A DNA stretch of 64,000 nt, from assembly GCA_035686205.1 (NCBI GenBank), contig DASRZQ010000043.1, positions 4,998 through 68,997 of the forward strand, read 5' to 3'. A program made the translations under genes and the position numbers. Within the stretch, counting starts at the first letter, position 1; each line of letters starts with the position of its first letter. Below the pieces are notes generated by a model that made no database searches, was not told the origin of the DNA, and saw only the letters and a list, made by a program, of their open reading frames with translations. Source of the DNA: Geobacteraceae bacterium (GTDB lineage: Bacteria > Desulfobacterota > Desulfuromonadia > Geobacterales > Geobacteraceae). Of this stretch, positions 1 through 10,679 are shown piece by piece.

Positions 1-1052
1 GTGAGGATTCAAGCTACCTTCATCTGGGTCTTACTTCCTCGGATGTTCTGGATACGTCGTTTGCAATACTGCTCAGGGAGAGCAGCGACCTTATCATCGA
101 CGGAATCCTTAAACTTATGGAAGCTGTTAAAAAAAGGGCTTTCGAGCACAAATACACCCCGATGATCGGCCGTTCCCACGGCATTCACGCTGAGCCGATT
201 ACTTTCGGCATAAAGATGGCCCTTTGGCATGATGAAATGAGGCGCAACCTGCGCCGAATGGAGGCCGCCAGGGAGACTGTTTCCTATGGAAAAATTTCCG
301 GTGCGGTCGGGACCTTCGCCAATATAGACCCCAAGGTCGAAGAATATGTCTGTGCAAAGGCGGGCCTCAAGCCCGCTCCATGTTCAACCCAGATCATCCA
401 GCGTGACCGGCATGCCGAATTTTTCACGACCCTTGCCATAATCGCGTCATCCATCGAGAAATTCGCCGTGGAAATCAGGCATCTGCAAAGAACCGAGGTC
501 CTTGAGGCGGAAGAGTTTTTCAGCAAGGGACAAAAGGGCTCCTCGGCCATGCCGCACAAGAGGAACCCGGTGCTTTCCGAAAACCTGACCGGGCTTGCGC
601 GCCTCATCCGCGGCTATTCCATATCGGCCATGGAAAACATTCCGCTCTGGCACGAGCGGGATATCTCCCATTCGTCCGTTGAGCGGGTAATCGGACCCGA
701 TGCGACGATCCTGCTGGATTTCATGCTGAACCGCTGTACCGGCCTCATTGAAAACCTGGTCGTCTATCCCGAAAACATGATGAAAAACCTTAACCTCATG
801 AGAGGCCTGGTTTTTTCCCAGAGGGTCCTGCTCGGACTGGCGGGTAAGGGGGTATCCAGGGAAAAGGCATACGCCCTTGTCCAGAGGAATGCCATGAAAG
901 TATGGGAACAGGGGAAAGATTTCCAGGAGGAGCTGTTGGCCGATGCGGAAGTGACGGAACATCTTTCCGCGGATGAGATCAGGGAAGCCTTTGATCTGAA
1001 TTATCACCTGAAGCATGTTGACACCATCTTCGAAAGGGTTTTCGGTGGATAG
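1..1052 (+). CDS. purB: adenylosuccinate lyase (PurB), 5' end cut by window edge
   Basis: Reading frame is open from base 3; upstream of the listed ATG at 117 it reads EDSSYLHLGLTSSDVLDTSFAILL. Contains the lyase-family signature SSAMPHKRNP. Stop TAG 1050-1052. Confidence 0.95.
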   Translation, partial: EDSSYLHLGLTSSDVLDTSFAILLRESSDLIIDGILKLMEAVKKRAFEHKYTPMIGRSHGIHAEPITFGIKMALWHDEMRRNLRRMEAARETVSYGKISGAVGTFANIDPKVEEYVCAKAGLKPAPCSTQIIQRDRHAEFFTTLAIIASSIEKFAVEIRHLQRTEVLEAEEFFSKGQKGSSAMPHKRNPVLSENLTGLARLIRGYSISAMENIPLWHERDISHSSVERVIGPDATILLDFMLNRCTGLIENLVVYPENMMKNLNLMRGLVFSQRVLLGLAGKGVSREKAYALVQRNAMKVWEQGKDFQEELLADAEVTEHLSADEIREAFDLNYHLKHVDTIFERVFGG

Positions 1053-2127
1053 AATACTTGATTTCTATCGATTGCAGCCGACGGACAACCTGCTGATGTT
1101 CTGGCTGAAGGAAATATTGTTCGCGCTGGTTATTTTCGCCGTATTCTGGCTGCTTGCCCAACTCCTCAAATATGTGCTTGTTAACTGGGGACCGAAGTTC
1201 ACGTCCATCACCAAGGCGGATCTGGTCGACCGCATAATACGCAGAATCACCCCTCCCGCCTCTATTTTTGTCGTATTTTGCGGCCTTTATTTCGCCGTTC
1301 GCTCACTACCTTTGCCCGACAAGGCTCAGGAAGTCTCTTCAGGGTCTATATTTGTCGTCAATATCATCATTTTCACTAACATGGCTTACAGGGCCATCGA
1401 CGAGATAATCCACTGGTACGGCGCTCGCGTTGCCGAAAGGACAGGGGCGGCGATGGACCGGCAGATCCTTCCCCTGGCCGAAAAACTCATCACCATTTTC
1501 CTGGTCTGTTCCGCGCTCATAATAACCCTCAAGCATTTCAGCTACGACATACTTTCGCTCGTAACCGCGCTGGGAATCGGCTCGCTGGCAATCGGAATGG
1601 CGGCGAAAGATACCCTGGCAAATATGATTTCAGGGTTTACGCTGATGATTGACCGGCCTTTCCGGATCGGAGACAGAATCAGGCTGACGAGCGGTTTATG
1701 GGGAGACGTCGTGGATATCGGCCTGCGCAGCACGAAGATCAAAACCGCGGACAACACCCTCCTGATAATTCCAAACTCTGAGCTCTGCAACAGCACACTT
1801 GTAAATATGGCCTTTCCTGATTTAAAATCAAATGGGCAAATCAATGTGAGAGTTGCGTACGGAAGTGACGTCGTCAAGGTAAAAGAACTGCTGGTTGAAA
1901 CCGCCCTGGATCTCCCTGAAATACTCAGGGACCCCGCGCCAGGGGCTTTTTTTGTTTCTTTCGGGGAATGTTCCTTGAACCTGTCGCTTTCCTTCTGGGT
2001 TGATGATTATGGAAAGGTTTTTCAGGTGACAGACCAGTTGAATACCAAAATAGCGACCCGTTTCGCTGAAAACGGAATAGAAATGCCGTATCCCACAAGG
2101 ACGGTTATTCTGGAGAAGGAAGGATAA
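1045..2127 (+). CDS. MscS-family mechanosensitive ion channel
   Basis: ORF 1015-2127. TM-rich N-terminus followed by the MscS core GIGSLAIGMAAKDTLANMISGFTLMIDRPFRIGDRI...GDVVDIGLRSTKIKTADNTLLIIPNS. Start uncertain: GTG 1045 is preceded by GAAAGGG; alternatives are ATG 1015 and ATG 1096. Confidence 0.85.
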   Translation: MDRILDFYRLQPTDNLLMFWLKEILFALVIFAVFWLLAQLLKYVLVNWGPKFTSITKADLVDRIIRRITPPASIFVVFCGLYFAVRSLPLPDKAQEVSSGSIFVVNIIIFTNMAYRAIDEIIHWYGARVAERTGAAMDRQILPLAEKLITIFLVCSALIITLKHFSYDILSLVTALGIGSLAIGMAAKDTLANMISGFTLMIDRPFRIGDRIRLTSGLWGDVVDIGLRSTKIKTADNTLLIIPNSELCNSTLVNMAFPDLKSNGQINVRVAYGSDVVKVKELLVETALDLPEILRDPAPGAFFVSFGECSLNLSLSFWVDDYGKVFQVTDQLNTKIATRFAENGIEMPYPTRTVILEKEG

Positions 2128-5117
2128 TGGCCCATCGAATAGAAGTCGCGCTGAAAGATCACGTTCGTGATCCAAGAGGAGATAGAATCAGTCGGGAAAT
2201 CGATCATTTTTTTCATATGCCCGGCGTATCCGTACGTACGATCGACGTTTACACCGTGGATGCCCAACTGACGGATGACAGCCTGGCAAAGGCCGCTTCC
2301 GAGCCGTTTTCCGATCCGATTATCCAATTCTTTACTATAGACTCCCCTGCCGCGAAGGATTTCGATTTTGTGGTTGAGGTCGGCTATCGCCCGGGAGTAA
2401 CCGACAATGTTGGAAGAACGGCCAAAGAAGCCATTGAATACATAACGGGGATGCCATTCAAAGCCGGCGAAGGGGTTTACACCTCGGTTCAATACCTCCT
2501 CAAGGGATCCCTGACAGGCGAAAACGCCGAAACCATTGCGACAGGACTGTTGTGTAATACGCTGATACAGCGCTACCAGGTGATTGATCATGATTCGTAT
2601 GAAAAGCAGGGGGGCTTCAAGCCGATTGTTCCCAAGGTTTCCGGACGGACGAAAGCCGAGGTCCGGGAAATTGACCTGAATGTTCCGGATGAGGAACTGG
2701 TGCGCATCAGCAAGGACGGAGTGCTGGCCCTGACCCTCGAGGAGATGCGCATAATCCAGGCACACTTCCGCGATGAAAAGGTCATTGACGACCGGAAAAA
2801 ATGGGGCATGCCTCCGTGTCCCACGGACGTGGAGCTGGAGGCGCTGGCCCAGACATGGTCCGAGCACTGCAAACACAAGATTTTTTCAGGAATAATCGAA
2901 TATGTGAATGAACAGGGAAATCGCGAGGAGATAAATTCGCTTTTCAAAACTTTCATCCAGGGCGCGACGAAAAAGGTCCGTGAGAACCTCGGAGAAAACG
3001 ATTACTGTCTGTCGGTCTTTAAAGACAATGCCGGGGTTATCAAATTCAACGATCAATTCTCCCTGGTTTTCAAGGTGGAAACCCATAACTCGCCGAGCGC
3101 CCTCGATCCTTACGGCGGCGCACTGACCGGCATAGTCGGCGTGAACCGCGACCCGTTCGGAACAGGCAAGGGCGCGCGTCTCATTTTCAACACGGATGTT
3201 TTCTGCTTTGCCTCCCCGTTTTACGAAAAGCCGCTGCCCAGCCGACTGCTTCACCCTCGCCGAATTTATGAGGGGGTTGTGGAAGGGGTCGAGCATGGAG
3301 GCAACAAAAGCGGCATTCCTACGGTCAACGGGTCGCTTGTGTTCGACGACCGTTTTGCCGGTAAACCCCTGGTTTTCTGCGGTACGGCTGGTATCATGCC
3401 CGCCGTTATCAACGGCGAGCCGTCCCACCTGAAAATAATAAATCCGGGAGATGTCATTGTCATGACCGGAGGCCGGATCGGCAAGGACGGAATCCACGGC
3501 GCGACCTTTTCCTCCGAGGAACTGAGCGAATCGTCACCTGTCTCCGCCGTCCAGATCGGCGATCCGATAACCCAGAAGCGGATGACCGACTTCCTGCTGC
3601 GCGCCCGTGACCGGGGCTTGTACAACTTCATTACTGATAACGGCGCCGGCGGGCTTTCCTCATCGATCGGCGAGATGGCCCGTGAATGCGGTGGATGCCG
3701 GCTGGACCTGGAAAAGGCGCCTCTCAAATACCCGGGGCTCGATCCATGGGAAATACTCATATCCGAGGCGCAGGAAAGAATGAGCCTAGCCGTTCCCCCT
3801 GAAAAACTTGAGGAATTTCTGGACATGTCCGGAAGAATGGGCGTAGAGGCTTCCGTCCTGGGAGAGTTCACCGACAGCGGCTATTTTCATATCCTTTACG
3901 GCGAAAAGACCGTCGCCCGCCTCCCCATCAGTTTCCTGCACGAGGGGCTGCCGCCCATGAAAATGACCGGTGTCTGGGAGATGAAAAGACATGCCGAGCC
4001 CGGTCCGGCTGATGCGCAGGATTTTACGGAAGACCTGAAAGCCCTGCTTTGCTCACTCAATGTCTGCTCAAAGGAATCTGTTGTACGGAGATACGATCAT
4101 GAAGTTCAGGGCGGGAGCGTCGTAAAGCCTTTCACCGGTGCGGACAACGACGGACCCTCCGATGCCGCGGTCATCCGGCCTGTTCTGGAGTCCTTCGAAG
4201 GGGTCGTGGTGGCGCACGGCATATCCCCGCGTTACAGCGATATTGACACATACCACATGATGGCCAATGCCATTGACGAAGGCCTGCGCAATTATGTCGC
4301 GGTGGGCGGTTCCCTCGATCTTGTGGCCGGGCTTGACAATTTCTGCTGGTGCGACCCGATAAAATCGGACAAAACGCCGGACGGAGAATACAAAATGGCC
4401 CAGCTGGTACGAGCCAATAAGGCTCTCTATGAATACTGCGTCGCCTTCGGCATTCCGCTTATTTCCGGCAAGGATTCCATGAAAAACGATTTTTACGACG
4501 GCACGACGAAGATATCCATCCCGCCGACGGTGCTGTTTTCGGTAATAGGGAAGATTGACGACGCCCGGAAAGCCGTAACCATGGATGCTAAGCGGCCCGG
4601 CGACATAATCTATCTGCTGGGGAAAACGGCTTTCGAGCTTGGCGGCTCCGAATATTACGCATCAAAAGGATTTGTCGGCAACAGGGTGCCGCGTGTCGAC
4701 GCTGAAAAAAGCCTTAAACGCTACCGGGCCTATCATGAGGCGGTTAAGAGAGGTCTAGTGGCGTCCTGCCATGATCTTTCCGACGGCGGACTGGCTGTGG
4801 CCCTGGCCGAAAAGGCATTTGCCGGCGGCCTCGGATTGTCAGTGGACCTTGGGAGAGTGCTGTTTTCCGGGGTGTCATGCGACCGCAGGGACGAGGTCCT
4901 GCTGTTTTCCGAAACCGCATCCCGACATCTGGTTACGGTACGGCCGGAGGACCGGGAAAATTTTGAAGAAGTGATGACCGGTAACTGCTTCTCCAGCATA
5001 GGTGTGGTCGTAGAGGAAAAAACTCTTACGGTCAGCGGCATTGACGGATCCGTGGTTCTGAAGGCGGATATCGAAGACTTGAAAGAAGCGTGGCAAAGCC
5101 CGCTGAGGGAGATGTAA
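2127..5117 (+). CDS. purL: phosphoribosylformylglycinamidine synthase subunit PurL with N-terminal PurS-like extension
   Basis: 996 aa. AIR-synthase-like repeats: FKVETHNSPSALDPYGGALTGIVGVNRD and SGKDSMKND. The N-terminal ~80 aa (RIEVALKDHVRDPRGDRISREI...) resemble PurS. ATG overlaps the upstream stop (TAATG). Confidence 0.93.
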   Translation: MAHRIEVALKDHVRDPRGDRISREIDHFFHMPGVSVRTIDVYTVDAQLTDDSLAKAASEPFSDPIIQFFTIDSPAAKDFDFVVEVGYRPGVTDNVGRTAKEAIEYITGMPFKAGEGVYTSVQYLLKGSLTGENAETIATGLLCNTLIQRYQVIDHDSYEKQGGFKPIVPKVSGRTKAEVREIDLNVPDEELVRISKDGVLALTLEEMRIIQAHFRDEKVIDDRKKWGMPPCPTDVELEALAQTWSEHCKHKIFSGIIEYVNEQGNREEINSLFKTFIQGATKKVRENLGENDYCLSVFKDNAGVIKFNDQFSLVFKVETHNSPSALDPYGGALTGIVGVNRDPFGTGKGARLIFNTDVFCFASPFYEKPLPSRLLHPRRIYEGVVEGVEHGGNKSGIPTVNGSLVFDDRFAGKPLVFCGTAGIMPAVINGEPSHLKIINPGDVIVMTGGRIGKDGIHGATFSSEELSESSPVSAVQIGDPITQKRMTDFLLRARDRGLYNFITDNGAGGLSSSIGEMARECGGCRLDLEKAPLKYPGLDPWEILISEAQERMSLAVPPEKLEEFLDMSGRMGVEASVLGEFTDSGYFHILYGEKTVARLPISFLHEGLPPMKMTGVWEMKRHAEPGPADAQDFTEDLKALLCSLNVCSKESVVRRYDHEVQGGSVVKPFTGADNDGPSDAAVIRPVLESFEGVVVAHGISPRYSDIDTYHMMANAIDEGLRNYVAVGGSLDLVAGLDNFCWCDPIKSDKTPDGEYKMAQLVRANKALYEYCVAFGIPLISGKDSMKNDFYDGTTKISIPPTVLFSVIGKIDDARKAVTMDAKRPGDIIYLLGKTAFELGGSEYYASKGFVGNRVPRVDAEKSLKRYRAYHEAVKRGLVASCHDLSDGGLAVALAEKAFAGGLGLSVDLGRVLFSGVSCDRRDEVLLFSETASRHLVTVRPEDRENFEEVMTGNCFSSIGVVVEEKTLTVSGIDGSVVLKADIEDLKEAWQSPLREM

Positions 5118-5118
5118 C

Positions 5119-5946
5119 ATGGCGCTCGCCAGAGCTATTATTCTTACGGGGAACGGCACCAACTGTGAAATGGAGGCCGCCCATGCCTGCAGGCTGGCAG
5201 GCTTTGATGAAGCCAGAATAGTCCATATTTCCGAGATCCTGTTCGGTGAGGTCAGGCTTGACGACTATCATTTTCTTAATCTGACCGGAGGATTTCTTGA
5301 TGGCGATGACCTGGGAAGCGCCAAGGCGCAGGCAAACCGGTTCAAGTACGTCGGTATAGCCGGGGGCACGGAGCATCTGATCGAGCAGCTGCTGCGCTTC
5401 ATAGAGGACGGCAAGCTGATCCTCGGTGTCTGCAACGGGTTCCAGCTCATGGTGAAAATGGGCTTGTTGCCGTCACTCGGCGGAAGCCCGATGCGGCAGG
5501 AGGCGACTCTGACATTCAACGATTGCGGCCGCTTTCAGGATCGCTGGGTATATCTGAAGAATAATCCGGATTCGCCTTCAGTGTTTACCAGAGGCATAAA
5601 AAAAGGCATTTACCTGCCGATACGCCATGGTGAGGGCAAATTCTATGTCGATTCTCATCAGGTACTTGACAGGATTGAAAGTCTGAATCTTTCCGTTCTT
5701 AAATACTCGGATCCGGAATACAAGGCTCCTACCATGGATTTTCCGTTGAACCCGAACGGGTCCATGAATGCGATCGCCGGAATCTGCAATGAGACCGGTC
5801 GGCTTATGGGGCTCATGCCGCACCCCGAAGCATTTGTCCACAGAATAAATCATCCGCGATGGACCAGGGAGGAGTTGCCCGAGGAAGGGGACGGACTCAT
5901 TCTCTTCAGGAATGCAGTCGAGCATATCAGGAAGAACCTGTTGTAA
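5119..5946 (+). CDS. purQ: FGAM synthase glutamine amidotransferase subunit PurQ
   Basis: 275 aa. Class-I GATase nucleophile elbow GVCNGFQLMVKMGLLP and the MPHPE His/Glu motif. Starts 2 nt after the purL stop. Confidence 0.9.
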   Translation: MALARAIILTGNGTNCEMEAAHACRLAGFDEARIVHISEILFGEVRLDDYHFLNLTGGFLDGDDLGSAKAQANRFKYVGIAGGTEHLIEQLLRFIEDGKLILGVCNGFQLMVKMGLLPSLGGSPMRQEATLTFNDCGRFQDRWVYLKNNPDSPSVFTRGIKKGIYLPIRHGEGKFYVDSHQVLDRIESLNLSVLKYSDPEYKAPTMDFPLNPNGSMNAIAGICNETGRLMGLMPHPEAFVHRINHPRWTREELPEEGDGLILFRNAVEHIRKNLL

Positions 5947-6003
5947 ATATATGTAAGAAGCAAACTATAACCGCAAGCGTATTATTTAAGGAGCATTGAA
6001 ATA

Positions 6004-7413
6004 ATGAAGTTCATAAGGCCTGAAGAAGAGTGCGGGATTTTTGGGATATTCAACCATCAGGAAGCCGCGAACCTGACCTATCTCGGACTTTACGCACTGC
6101 AGCACAGGGGACAGGAGAGTTGCGGCATTGTTTCTTCCGACGGGAAAAGTCTTCATGCCCATAAAAACATGGGCCTGGTGGCGGATGTTTTCGGCAATCA
6201 GGAAATCTTTAAACAACTGCCGGGAAGGTCAGCGATAGGTCACGTTCGCTATTCAACTACCGGCTCTTCAATCCTCAAAAATGTTCAGCCGATAATGGTC
6301 GACTATTCCAGGGGATCCATAGCCGTGGCGCACAACGGCAATATCGTAAATGCCCAGCTTGTAAAGGACGAACTCGAGGCCTGGGGATCGATATTCCAGA
6401 CAACCATGGATACCGAAATAATCATTCACCTGCTTGCCATGTCAAAGGAAAACTCTCTGGTCGACCGTCTTACCGAGTCTTTGAACAGGGTGGAAGGCGC
6501 ATACTGCCTGCTTCTCCTCACGGAAACCAGGATGGTGGCCGTGCGTGATCCGAACGGATTCAGGCCACTGTGTCTCGGGAGGCTGGGTGACTCGTATGTT
6601 GTGGCTTCGGAAAGTTGTGCACTCGATCTCATAGAGGCGAAACTTGTCAGGGAAATCGAACCAGGCGAAATGATAGTCATTGATAACGGCGGATTAACCT
6701 CATATTTCCCGTTCAGGAAGGTGCAGCCTACACCTTGTATTTTTGAATTTGTATATTTCGCACGTCCCGACTCCTATATTTTCGGCAAGAATGTATATAT
6801 GGTCAGGAAAGAACTGGGACGCCAGCTTGCCTTTGAGCATAAGATTGATGCGGATATCGTAATTCCCGTTCCTGACTCGGGCGTTCCGGCTGCTTTGGGT
6901 TATGCCCAGGAATCCGGCCTCCAGTTCGAGTTCGGCCTGATGCGCAACCATTACGTGGGACGCACCTTTATAGAGCCGCAGCAGTCCATCCGCCATTTCG
7001 GAGTCAAGATAAAGCTGAATCCGGTGAGAGATATTCTGCATGGCAAGAGGGTCGTTGTGATAGACGATTCAATCGTACGGGGGACAACTTCCCGGAAAAT
7101 CATAAAGATGATAAGAAGCGCTGGGGCGAAGGAGGTCCATGCCCTCATTTCTTCACCACCAACCAGTTTCCCGTGCTATTACGGGATCGACACGCCCACG
7201 CGCAAGGAGCTCATATCATCTTCCCATTCCATTGAAGAAATCAGGAAATATATTACCGCCGATTCCCTAGGATATCTTTCCGAGGAAGGCTTGATGAAAG
7301 CTGTAGATTCACCGAAAGAAAACTACTGCCGGGCATGTTTCTCCGGCGGATATCCAGTTAAATTCCCGATGCTGGCTTCCGAGCCCCAGCTCGGTCTTTT
7401 TGAAACGGAGTAA
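6004..7413 (+). CDS. purF: amidophosphoribosyltransferase
   Basis: 469 aa. Ntn nucleophile CGIFGIF near the N-terminus, PRPP loop [14 protein letters not shown], and Fe-S cysteines (CYYGID, CRACFSG). Confidence 0.95.
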   Translation: MKFIRPEEECGIFGIFNHQEAANLTYLGLYALQHRGQESCGIVSSDGKSLHAHKNMGLVADVFGNQEIFKQLPGRSAIGHVRYSTTGSSILKNVQPIMVDYSRGSIAVAHNGNIVNAQLVKDELEAWGSIFQTTMDTEIIIHLLAMSKENSLVDRLTESLNRVEGAYCLLLLTETRMVAVRDPNGFRPLCLGRLGDSYVVASESCALDLIEAKLVREIEPGEMIVIDNGGLTSYFPFRKVQPTPCIFEFVYFARPDSYIFGKNVYMVRKELGRQLAFEHKIDADIVIPVPDSGVPAALGYAQESGLQFEFGLMRNHYVGRTFIEPQQSIRHFGVKIKLNPVRDILHGKRVVVIDDSIVRGTTSRKIIKMIRSAGAKEVHALISSPPTSFPCYYGIDTPTRKELISSSHSIEEIRKYITADSLGYLSEEGLMKAVDSPKENYCRACFSGGYPVKFPMLASEPQLGLFETE

Positions 7414-7420
7414 ATGCTTA

Positions 7421-7969
7421 ATGAGTGATCGTGAAAAACTGAAAAATATTATAAGGGAAAAGTCATACGAGAATAGAAAGGTAACACTCTCATCCGGAAT
7501 TGAAAGCGATTTTTATTTTGACGGAAAGCAGACCACGCTGCATTCCGAAGGCGGTTACCTGACTGGAAAACTGTTCTTCGAGGCAATCAGGGATGTTGAT
7601 GGAGTAGAAGGGGTAGGGGGGATGACTCTCGGCGCCGACCCGATTGCCACCGCGACCTCAATGGTGGGCTATCTGGAAGGGAAACCCGTTCCAGCGTTCA
7701 TTATCCGCAAGGAACCCAAGGGGCATGGCACAGGCGCCTGGCTGGAGGGGAGGAAGAATTTCAGGCCAGGGTCCCGTGTTGTTATCGTTGAGGATGTGGT
7801 GACCAGCGGCGGTTCATCGCTCAAGGCCATCAAGCGTGCCGAAGAGGAAGGGTTGACTGTGCTCGGTGTCGTAACGCTGGTTGACCGGGAAGAAGGCGGA
7901 CGTGAAAACATAGAGAAGGCGGGATATTGGCTTAAGGCCATATTCACCAAGTCGGAGATCGTGGAATAG
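7421..7969 (+). CDS. pyrE: orotate phosphoribosyltransferase
   Basis: PRPP-binding motif VVIVEDVVTSGGS. The listed ORF begins at TTG 7400 inside purF; ATG 7421 (MSDREKL) is the likelier start. Confidence 0.9.
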   Translation: MSDREKLKNIIREKSYENRKVTLSSGIESDFYFDGKQTTLHSEGGYLTGKLFFEAIRDVDGVEGVGGMTLGADPIATATSMVGYLEGKPVPAFIIRKEPKGHGTGAWLEGRKNFRPGSRVVIVEDVVTSGGSSLKAIKRAEEEGLTVLGVVTLVDREEGGRENIEKAGYWLKAIFTKSEIVE

Positions 7970-7997
7970 GAAACCGGTTTGATACCGGCCGGCTGTC

Positions 7998-8027
7998 GGA
8001 AGGCGGCGTCTAAAGACGTCGCCTTCC
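7998..8027 (+). terminator. GC-rich hairpin downstream of pyrE (weak U-tract)
   Basis: GGAAGGCGGCGTCT-AA-AGACGTCGCCTTCC forms a 14-bp stem with one mismatch, followed only by TGCATTTG. Confidence 0.4.
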
Positions 8028-8064
8028 TGCATTTGAATAAACTTAATTAAAATCAAGGTTTCAT

Positions 8065-8745
8065 GTGAAAGAAATTCTGCGAAACTACGGGGCACTACTT
8101 TCTGCCGTTGACCAATGGTTCAACCGCTGTCTTTCCGGCATGCCGGTCAGCATAAAATGCGGTGAGGGATGTTCGGATTGCTGTCGAGGGCTTTTTGATA
8201 TAACCCTGCTGGATGCCTGGTATTTGAAAACCGGCTTTGACCGGCTTGACGAATTCGCAAAACGGAAAGCGCTTGAGAAAGCCGGAAATCGACTGAAAAT
8301 GCTGCTGGGAAAATGGCCTGAATTCGAAAGGCCCTATATTCTCAACATAAGGCCCGAAACCGATTGGGAAGAACTGATGCCTGACGAGGATGAAACTCCA
8401 TGCCCATTATTGTCGGAGGACGGAAGGTGTCTTGTTTACGAATACCGTCCAATGACCTGCCGCTTGCACGGGCTGCCGTTGGTGGATGTTTCCGGAGAGG
8501 TATTCCATGATGAGTGGTGCACAAAAAATTTTACCGGCGATAACCCGCTTGAGGAAAACGGACTTTATTGGAATTTTTCTACGTGCTTTCAGACTGAAAT
8601 AACCTTATTCAGGCAATTTACATACAAACTTTTCAACCGATACATTAACGAAATTGATACGCTTATCCCAACGGCTTTGTTGGTTGACTATGGAAAATTC
8701 AACTGGAAGGAATGGTTGGATAGATTTTCAGACAAGCTTCGCTGA
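8065..8745 (+). CDS. YkgJ-family cysteine-cluster (putative Zn/Fe-chelating) protein
   Basis: 226 aa with GTG start. CGEGCSDCCRG (CxxCxxCC) plus a second Cys group CPLL...GRCLVYEYRPMTCR, as I recall for the UPF0153/YkgJ family. Confidence 0.7.
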   Translation: MKEILRNYGALLSAVDQWFNRCLSGMPVSIKCGEGCSDCCRGLFDITLLDAWYLKTGFDRLDEFAKRKALEKAGNRLKMLLGKWPEFERPYILNIRPETDWEELMPDEDETPCPLLSEDGRCLVYEYRPMTCRLHGLPLVDVSGEVFHDEWCTKNFTGDNPLEENGLYWNFSTCFQTEITLFRQFTYKLFNRYINEIDTLIPTALLVDYGKFNWKEWLDRFSDKLR

Positions 8746-9393
8746 CGGGTTTTCCAGGAAGCTGCCCTCCGGGTCCGCGGGCGGCTTTATGATCACTTTC
8801 CTGCCTTCCAGGGAAAGCCTTCCTTCAGCAAACAGCTGGATGGCTCGCGGGTATATCTTGTGCTCCTCAGTAAGAATCCTTTTTGACAAAGACTCCTCGG
8901 TGTCGGTTTCGTATACCGGAACTGCGGCCTGGATGATGATGGGACCGCTATCGGTGCCGATGTCTACGAAATGTACGGTGCAGCCGGTTATTTTCACTCC
9001 GTAGTGCAATGCCTGCCTCTGTGCTTTTGACCCGGGAAAGGCAGGAAGCAGCGCGGGATGAATGTTCATTACCGCCTGGGGAAAGGCGTCCAGCAGCACG
9101 GGAGAAATAATCCTGTTGAAGCCTGCGAGGGCGACCATCCGGATGCCGTATCCGAGAAACGTTTCCGCCACGCCCGCGTCAAAGGACTCCCTTGTCGGGA
9201 ATCGTCGATGATCGGTATATACCGCGGGAATGCGGTGCTTTCTTGCTCTTTCCAGGGCAAACGCCTCCGCGTTGTTGCTGATCACGCAGGCTACCGTTGC
9301 ATCAAGTTTTCCCTTTTCCGCATGGTCAATAATTGACTGAAGATTTGAACCGTTTCCCGAAACGAGTACACCTATTTTTAACGGACCAGACAT
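8728..9393 (-). CDS. purN: phosphoribosylglycinamide formyltransferase
   Basis: 221 aa. KIGVLVSGNGSNLQSIID and NIHPALLPAFPG motifs. Confidence 0.93.
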   Translation of the reverse strand: MSGPLKIGVLVSGNGSNLQSIIDHAEKGKLDATVACVISNNAEAFALERARKHRIPAVYTDHRRFPTRESFDAGVAETFLGYGIRMVALAGFNRIISPVLLDAFPQAVMNIHPALLPAFPGSKAQRQALHYGVKITGCTVHFVDIGTDSGPIIIQAAVPVYETDTEESLSKRILTEEHKIYPRAIQLFAEGRLSLEGRKVIIKPPADPEGSFLENPSAKLV

Positions 9394-9423
9394 CGAGTCA
9401 CCTGAATATCGACAAATTACCCA

Positions 9424-10470
9424 TCAAACAAGTTCGACAATTTCATTGCCGACATCACATTTCCCGATTTCACCAATGACGAATGCCCGTTCGTTGAGCC
9501 CGGAAAGGCGAATCAGCACTTCCTCGGCTTCATTTTCCGGAACGGCCAGCACCATTCCGATCCCGCAGTTGAAGGTGCGGTACATTTCGGTTTCATCAAT
9601 ATTCCCGGCAATCTGGATTATGCGGAAAATATCATTCATCATCCAGGAACTTTTGTTAATTACCGCCTTGCAGCCGTTGGGCAGAACTCTCGGTACGTTT
9701 TCCAGGAGACCGCCACCTGTTATATGGGCGATTCCGTTTATGCTGAAATCACGTAAAAGGTTAAGAATGGTTTTTACATAAATCCTGGTGGGAGTCAGCA
9801 ATTCATCGGCAACGGTCCTCCCGAGCCCCGGTATTTCGTCCCGTACTCCAAGTCCGAGCTTGTCGAAGATCACCTTGCGGGCCAGCGAGTAGCCGTTGCT
9901 GTGCAGGCCGCTGGACGCTATGCCGATAAGTTTGTTGCCCACTGTTATGGATGAACCGTCAATCATCCCGTCACGTTCTACTACTCCGACGGCGAACCCC
10001 GCAAGATCATATTCGCCGGAAGAATAGAAACCGGGCATCTCCGCCGTTTCGCCGCCGATCAGCGCGCAGCCGGACAAGGAACAGCCTTCGGCGATCCCCT
10101 TGACTACCTCTGCTCCCTTTTCCGGGTCGAGTTTGGCTGTGGCGAAATAATCCAGGAAAAAAAGAGGCTCCGCCCCCTGGACGACTATGTCGTTTACGCA
10201 CATTGCGACGAGATCAAGGCCTATCGTATCGTGTCTGTCGGCAAGGAACGCAATTTTAAGCTTGGTGCCCACGCCGTCGGTGCCCGCGACGAGAACCGGG
10301 TTTTTGTATTTGTTGGTATTAAGCGAAAACAATCCGCCAAAGCCGCCGATATCGGCGATGACTTCCGGCCTGTAGGTAGCCTTTACAAGGGGCTTGATCA
10401 TTTTTACAAACCGGTTGCCGGATTCGATGTCAACACCAGCGTCTTTATAAGTGATACCTTCACTGCTCAA
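9424..10470 (-). CDS. purM: phosphoribosylformylglycinamidine cyclo-ligase (AIR synthetase)
   Basis: 348 aa. [19 protein letters not shown] and [11 protein letters not shown] motifs. Confidence 0.95.
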   Translation of the reverse strand: MSSEGITYKDAGVDIESGNRFVKMIKPLVKATYRPEVIADIGGFGGLFSLNTNKYKNPVLVAGTDGVGTKLKIAFLADRHDTIGLDLVAMCVNDIVVQGAEPLFFLDYFATAKLDPEKGAEVVKGIAEGCSLSGCALIGGETAEMPGFYSSGEYDLAGFAVGVVERDGMIDGSSITVGNKLIGIASSGLHSNGYSLARKVIFDKLGLGVRDEIPGLGRTVADELLTPTRIYVKTILNLLRDFSINGIAHITGGGLLENVPRVLPNGCKAVINKSSWMMNDIFRIIQIAGNIDETEMYRTFNCGIGMVLAVPENEAEEVLIRLSGLNERAFVIGEIGKCDVGNEIVELV

Positions 10471-10679
10471 CTCTTGTTCCTCCCTTAAAAGTGAAATAAA
10501 ATACTTAAACCATTATCGGTGAAAAGTCAAATGAAACTGTCCGCCAAATCGGACTCGAAATAAAGCCAATTACTCATTTTATCATTGCAAGTGGAATGAG
10601 TTTGCCGTAGTCTTTCAATCAGTATAGCTCCACTTCGGCTTATGTCACGTCATTAAATATTTTTAAATTAATAATAGGT

